Shown in pieces: positions 61,340 through 64,000 of a stretch of DNA of 64,000 nucleotides. Under the pieces are notes generated by a model. It made no database searches. It was not told where the DNA came from and saw only the letters and a list, made by a program, of their open reading frames with translations. The DNA comes from an uncultured Candidatus Binatia bacterium (GTDB lineage Bacteria; Desulfobacterota; Binatia; UBA9968; JAJDTQ01), in the NCBI GenBank assembly GCA_964291295.2, contig OZ219754.1, forward strand, positions 1,568,001 to 1,632,000, given 5' to 3'. Positions within the stretch are counted from its first letter, which is position 1; each line of letters begins with the position of its first letter. The position numbers and the translations under genes are program-made.

Positions 61340-63882
61340 GCTTCATTTAGGCCTGAAGGCGGGTGAATGTCAAGAAAGCGGGCACCCGGAGCCTTCCCGC
61401 AGCGCTCCTTCAGGTACCGTCCGGTGGCGGAGCCGGCCACCTCCATGACCTCCCGGGGCGTGCCCGCGGCCACCACGTAGCCGCCGTTCTCGCCGCCCTC
61501 GGGACCGAGATCCACGAGGTAGTCGGCGCACCTCAGGAAATCCGGGTTGTGCTCGATGGCGATGACGGTATGACCGGATGCCACCAGCCGGTCCAGGATC
61601 TCCACCAGCCGGCCGACTTCTTCGAAGTGAAGCCCGGTCGTGGGTTCGTCGAAGAGGTACAGTGCCCGGCCGCCGACGCTCTTGCCCAACTCCCGGGCCA
61701 GCTTGACGCGCTGCGCCTCGCCGCCGGAAAGGGTCGTGGCCGGCTGCCCCAGCCGAAGATAGCCCAGGCCCACCTGCCACAGGCTTTCCAGCCGCTGCCG
61801 CACCGGCGGCACGTTGCTCAGGAAGTCGAGTGCTTCGGCGACGGTCAGGTCGAGGACATCCGCGATGCTGGCGCCCTTGTAGAGGATCTCCAGGGTCTCC
61901 CGGTTGTACCGCCGTCCGCCGCAGACGTCGCAGGTCACCGACACGTCCGGGAGGAACTGCATCGCGATATCCACCTGGCCGGTGCCGAGGCAGGCCTCGC
62001 AGCGGCCGCCCGCGGCGTTGCAGGAGAAACGTCCGGGGCCATAGCCGCGCAGGCGGGCGTCCGGCAGGCGCGCGAAGAGGTTTCGCAGCGGGTCGAAGAG
62101 TCCCGCGTAGGTGGCGGGGGTGGAGCGGCTGCTGCGCCCGATGGAACCCTGGTCCACGTAGAGAACCCGATCGAAGGCGTCGAGCCCGGTGGTCTCGAGG
62201 ATCCCCGCCCCGGCCTTGGCGGGCGCCGCGGCGTTCCGCCGTCGTGCCCGTGCGTAGAGGGTGTCCACCACGAGGCTGCTCTTGCCGGAACCCGAGACTC
62301 CGGTGACGCAGGTCATGAGTCCGATGGGGAAGTCCACGTCGATGTGCTTGAGGTTGTGGCGCGCCGCGCGCCGGAGGGAAAGGGTGCCGGATCGTGTCCG
62401 CGGCGTCCGGATGGAAGCGCCGGCGCCATCGGCCAGCCAGGGTCCGGTGCGGGAAGCGGGGCTGCGGCGGACCTGGTCCACGCTTCCGGCGGCCAGTACC
62501 TCGCCGCCTGCCGCGCCGGCTCCCGGACCCATGTCGATGACGTGGTCGGCCGCCAGGATCACGTCCCGGTCGTGTTCCACCACCAGGACGGTGTTGCCCG
62601 CATCCCTCAGTTCGCGCAGGATGTCGAGAAGCCGGGCGGTGTCCTTGGGGTGGAGTCCTGCCGTGGGTTCGTCGAGCACATAGATGACCCCCGACAGGCG
62701 GGCGCCGATGTGAGCCGCCAGCCGGATTCTCTGGCATTCGCCGCCCGACAGACTGTCGGAGGACCTGTCCAGGGAGAGATATCCCAGTTCGAGCTCCAGC
62801 AGGGTGGCGGTGCGTTCCCGTATCTCCCGGAGGATGTTTCCGGCAAGCACGCGCTCGCGCTCGTCGAGGGAGACCTCCTCGATGAAACGGTGGAAGCCGC
62901 TCAGGGGCAGCGCCGATACCTCCGCGATGTTCAGGCCGTCGATGCGCACCCGGAGGCTGTCGCTCCGGAGTCGGGCACCGGCGCACTTCGGGCAGGACCG
63001 CCGGGCCGCGTCCGGTGCCGGAGCGCGGCCCGGGCGGGTGCCGAGGCCGTCGCAGGCGTCGCAGGCACCGTGCGGACTGTTGAAGGAAAAGAGTTGCGGC
63101 ACGCAGGGGCGGGACGGCGTACCGCAGTCCAGGCAGGCGGACCGTTGCGTGTAGCGGCGGGACTCCGGCGCGGGGACCGCGTGCAGGTCGATCTTCACCA
63201 CCCCGGTCCCGTGCTTCAGCGCCACCTCGATGGAGTCGGCCAGCCGCTTGGCGGCCCCCTCCCGTATCACCAGCCGGTCCACCACCAGGTCCGCCCGCTC
63301 GGGCGGCTCCGCGCCGGAGAGGTCCTCCAGTTCCCGAATCTCCCGATTCACCTTGATGCGCACGAACCCGGCCCGGATCATGCTCTTGATCTCTTCCCGG
63401 TACCGGTCCGGGTCGCCGCATCGAAGGGGCGCCAGCACCTCGATGCGGGTGCCGGAGGGGAGGTGCCACAGGTCGTCGACCATCTGCTGCACCGTGTGCA
63501 CCGTGATGGCCTGGCCGCAGCGCCCGCAGTGGGGCCGTCCCACGTGGGTGAACAGCAGCCGCAGGTGATCGTGTATCTCCGTCAGCGTCCCTACCGTGGA
63601 GCGGGGGTTCTCGTGGAAGCGGCGTTGGGGGACGGCGATGGCCGGCGAGAGCCCCTGAATGGAGTCCACGTCCGCGCGCGCCAACGGATTCAGGAGCTGG
63701 CGCGCGTAGGTGGACAGGGATTGCATGTAGTGCCGCTGTCCCTCGGCGTAGACCGTGTCGAACGCCAGCGACGACTTGCCCGAGCCGGAGACCCCGGTGA
63801 TCACCACCAGCTTGTCGCGGGGAATCGCGACGTCGACGTTCTTGAGGTTGTGGACGCGAGTGCCCCGGATGACGATGTTCAT
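61333..63882 (-). CDS. uvrA: Excinuclease ABC subunit A, short variant (849 aa)
   Basis: [32 protein letters not shown], second [29 protein letters not shown] and zinc-finger Cys pairs. Confidence 0.93.
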   Translation of the reverse strand: MNIVIRGTRVHNLKNVDVAIPRDKLVVITGVSGSGKSSLAFDTVYAEGQRHYMQSLSTYARQLLNPLARADVDSIQGLSPAIAVPQRRFHENPRSTVGTLTEIHDHLRLLFTHVGRPHCGRCGQAITVHTVQQMVDDLWHLPSGTRIEVLAPLRCGDPDRYREEIKSMIRAGFVRIKVNREIRELEDLSGAEPPERADLVVDRLVIREGAAKRLADSIEVALKHGTGVVKIDLHAVPAPESRRYTQRSACLDCGTPSRPCVPQLFSFNSPHGACDACDGLGTRPGRAPAPDAARRSCPKCAGARLRSDSLRVRIDGLNIAEVSALPLSGFHRFIEEVSLDERERVLAGNILREIRERTATLLELELGYLSLDRSSDSLSGGECQRIRLAAHIGARLSGVIYVLDEPTAGLHPKDTARLLDILRELRDAGNTVLVVEHDRDVILAADHVIDMGPGAGAAGGEVLAAGSVDQVRRSPASRTGPWLADGAGASIRTPRTRSGTLSLRRAARHNLKHIDVDFPIGLMTCVTGVSGSGKSSLVVDTLYARARRRNAAAPAKAGAGILETTGLDAFDRVLYVDQGSIGRSSRSTPATYAGLFDPLRNLFARLPDARLRGYGPGRFSCNAAGGRCEACLGTGQVDIAMQFLPDVSVTCDVCGGRRYNRETLEILYKGASIADVLDLTVAEALDFLSNVPPVRQRLESLWQVGLGYLRLGQPATTLSGGEAQRVKLARELGKSVGGRALYLFDEPTTGLHFEEVGRLVEILDRLVASGHTVIAIEHNPDFLRCADYLVDLGPEGGENGGYVVAAGTPREVMEVAGSATGRYLKERCGKAPGARFLDIHPPSGLNEAF

Positions 63883-64000
63883 GCCCGTCCGTCGTTCCCG
63901 GGGGAGCGCGGGGCGGGTGTGGCCGGCGGCATGCCCCTCCGCCGCGCCAACGCCGCAGCCAGCAGGATCGCCTGCTTCATGCTGCGGGCGTCGGCCACGC
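63879..64000 (-). CDS. pdxA: 3' end of 4-hydroxythreonine-4-phosphate dehydrogenase (partial)
   Basis: Manual translation [21 protein letters not shown]...* resembles the PdxA C-terminal helix. The stop overlaps the uvrA ATG. Only about 40 codons are visible. Confidence 0.55.
   Translation of the reverse strand, partial: VADARSMKQAILLAAALARRRGMPPATPAPRSPGNDGRA

Overview
High-GC bacterial core-chromosome window. Gene order and content suggest a deltaproteobacterial-grade lineage (Binatia/Desulfobacterota-like; inference only). Left to right: thiE (partial) with an NtrB/NtrC-type two-component pair; the rimP-nusA-ylxR-infB-DUF503-rbfA-truB-rpsO-pnp operon; M16 peptidase, dut and purB-C-S-Q-L. 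A ~2 kb compositionally distinct restriction-modification cassette follows, inserted between purL and purF: a methyltransferase broken by two homopolymer frameshifts plus a NotI-family endonuclease, flanked by a decayed direct repeat. Next come a hydantoinase/oxoprolinase locus (one A, two B subunits) with a divergent SDR and FAD oxidase; a zinc-ribbon protein and RNase P RNA; a complete dcw cluster (mraZ to ftsZ) with an extra STAS gene after mraZ; mtnA, gshA, and panB-panC behind a structured terminator-containing leader; smpB-ssrA; a lipid A-type acyltransferase, nifS-iscA-iscS, a short UvrA and the 3' end of pdxA. The best leads are the double-frameshifted RM cassette, the panB leader attenuator, the atypical STAS in the dcw operon, a promoter-repeat-terminator leader with a Cys-repeat peptide, and recurring 10-15 bp tandem duplications in 5' intergenic regions. 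No CRISPR array, tRNA, rRNA, integrase or transposase was seen. All calls come from reading the sequence; no searches were run.
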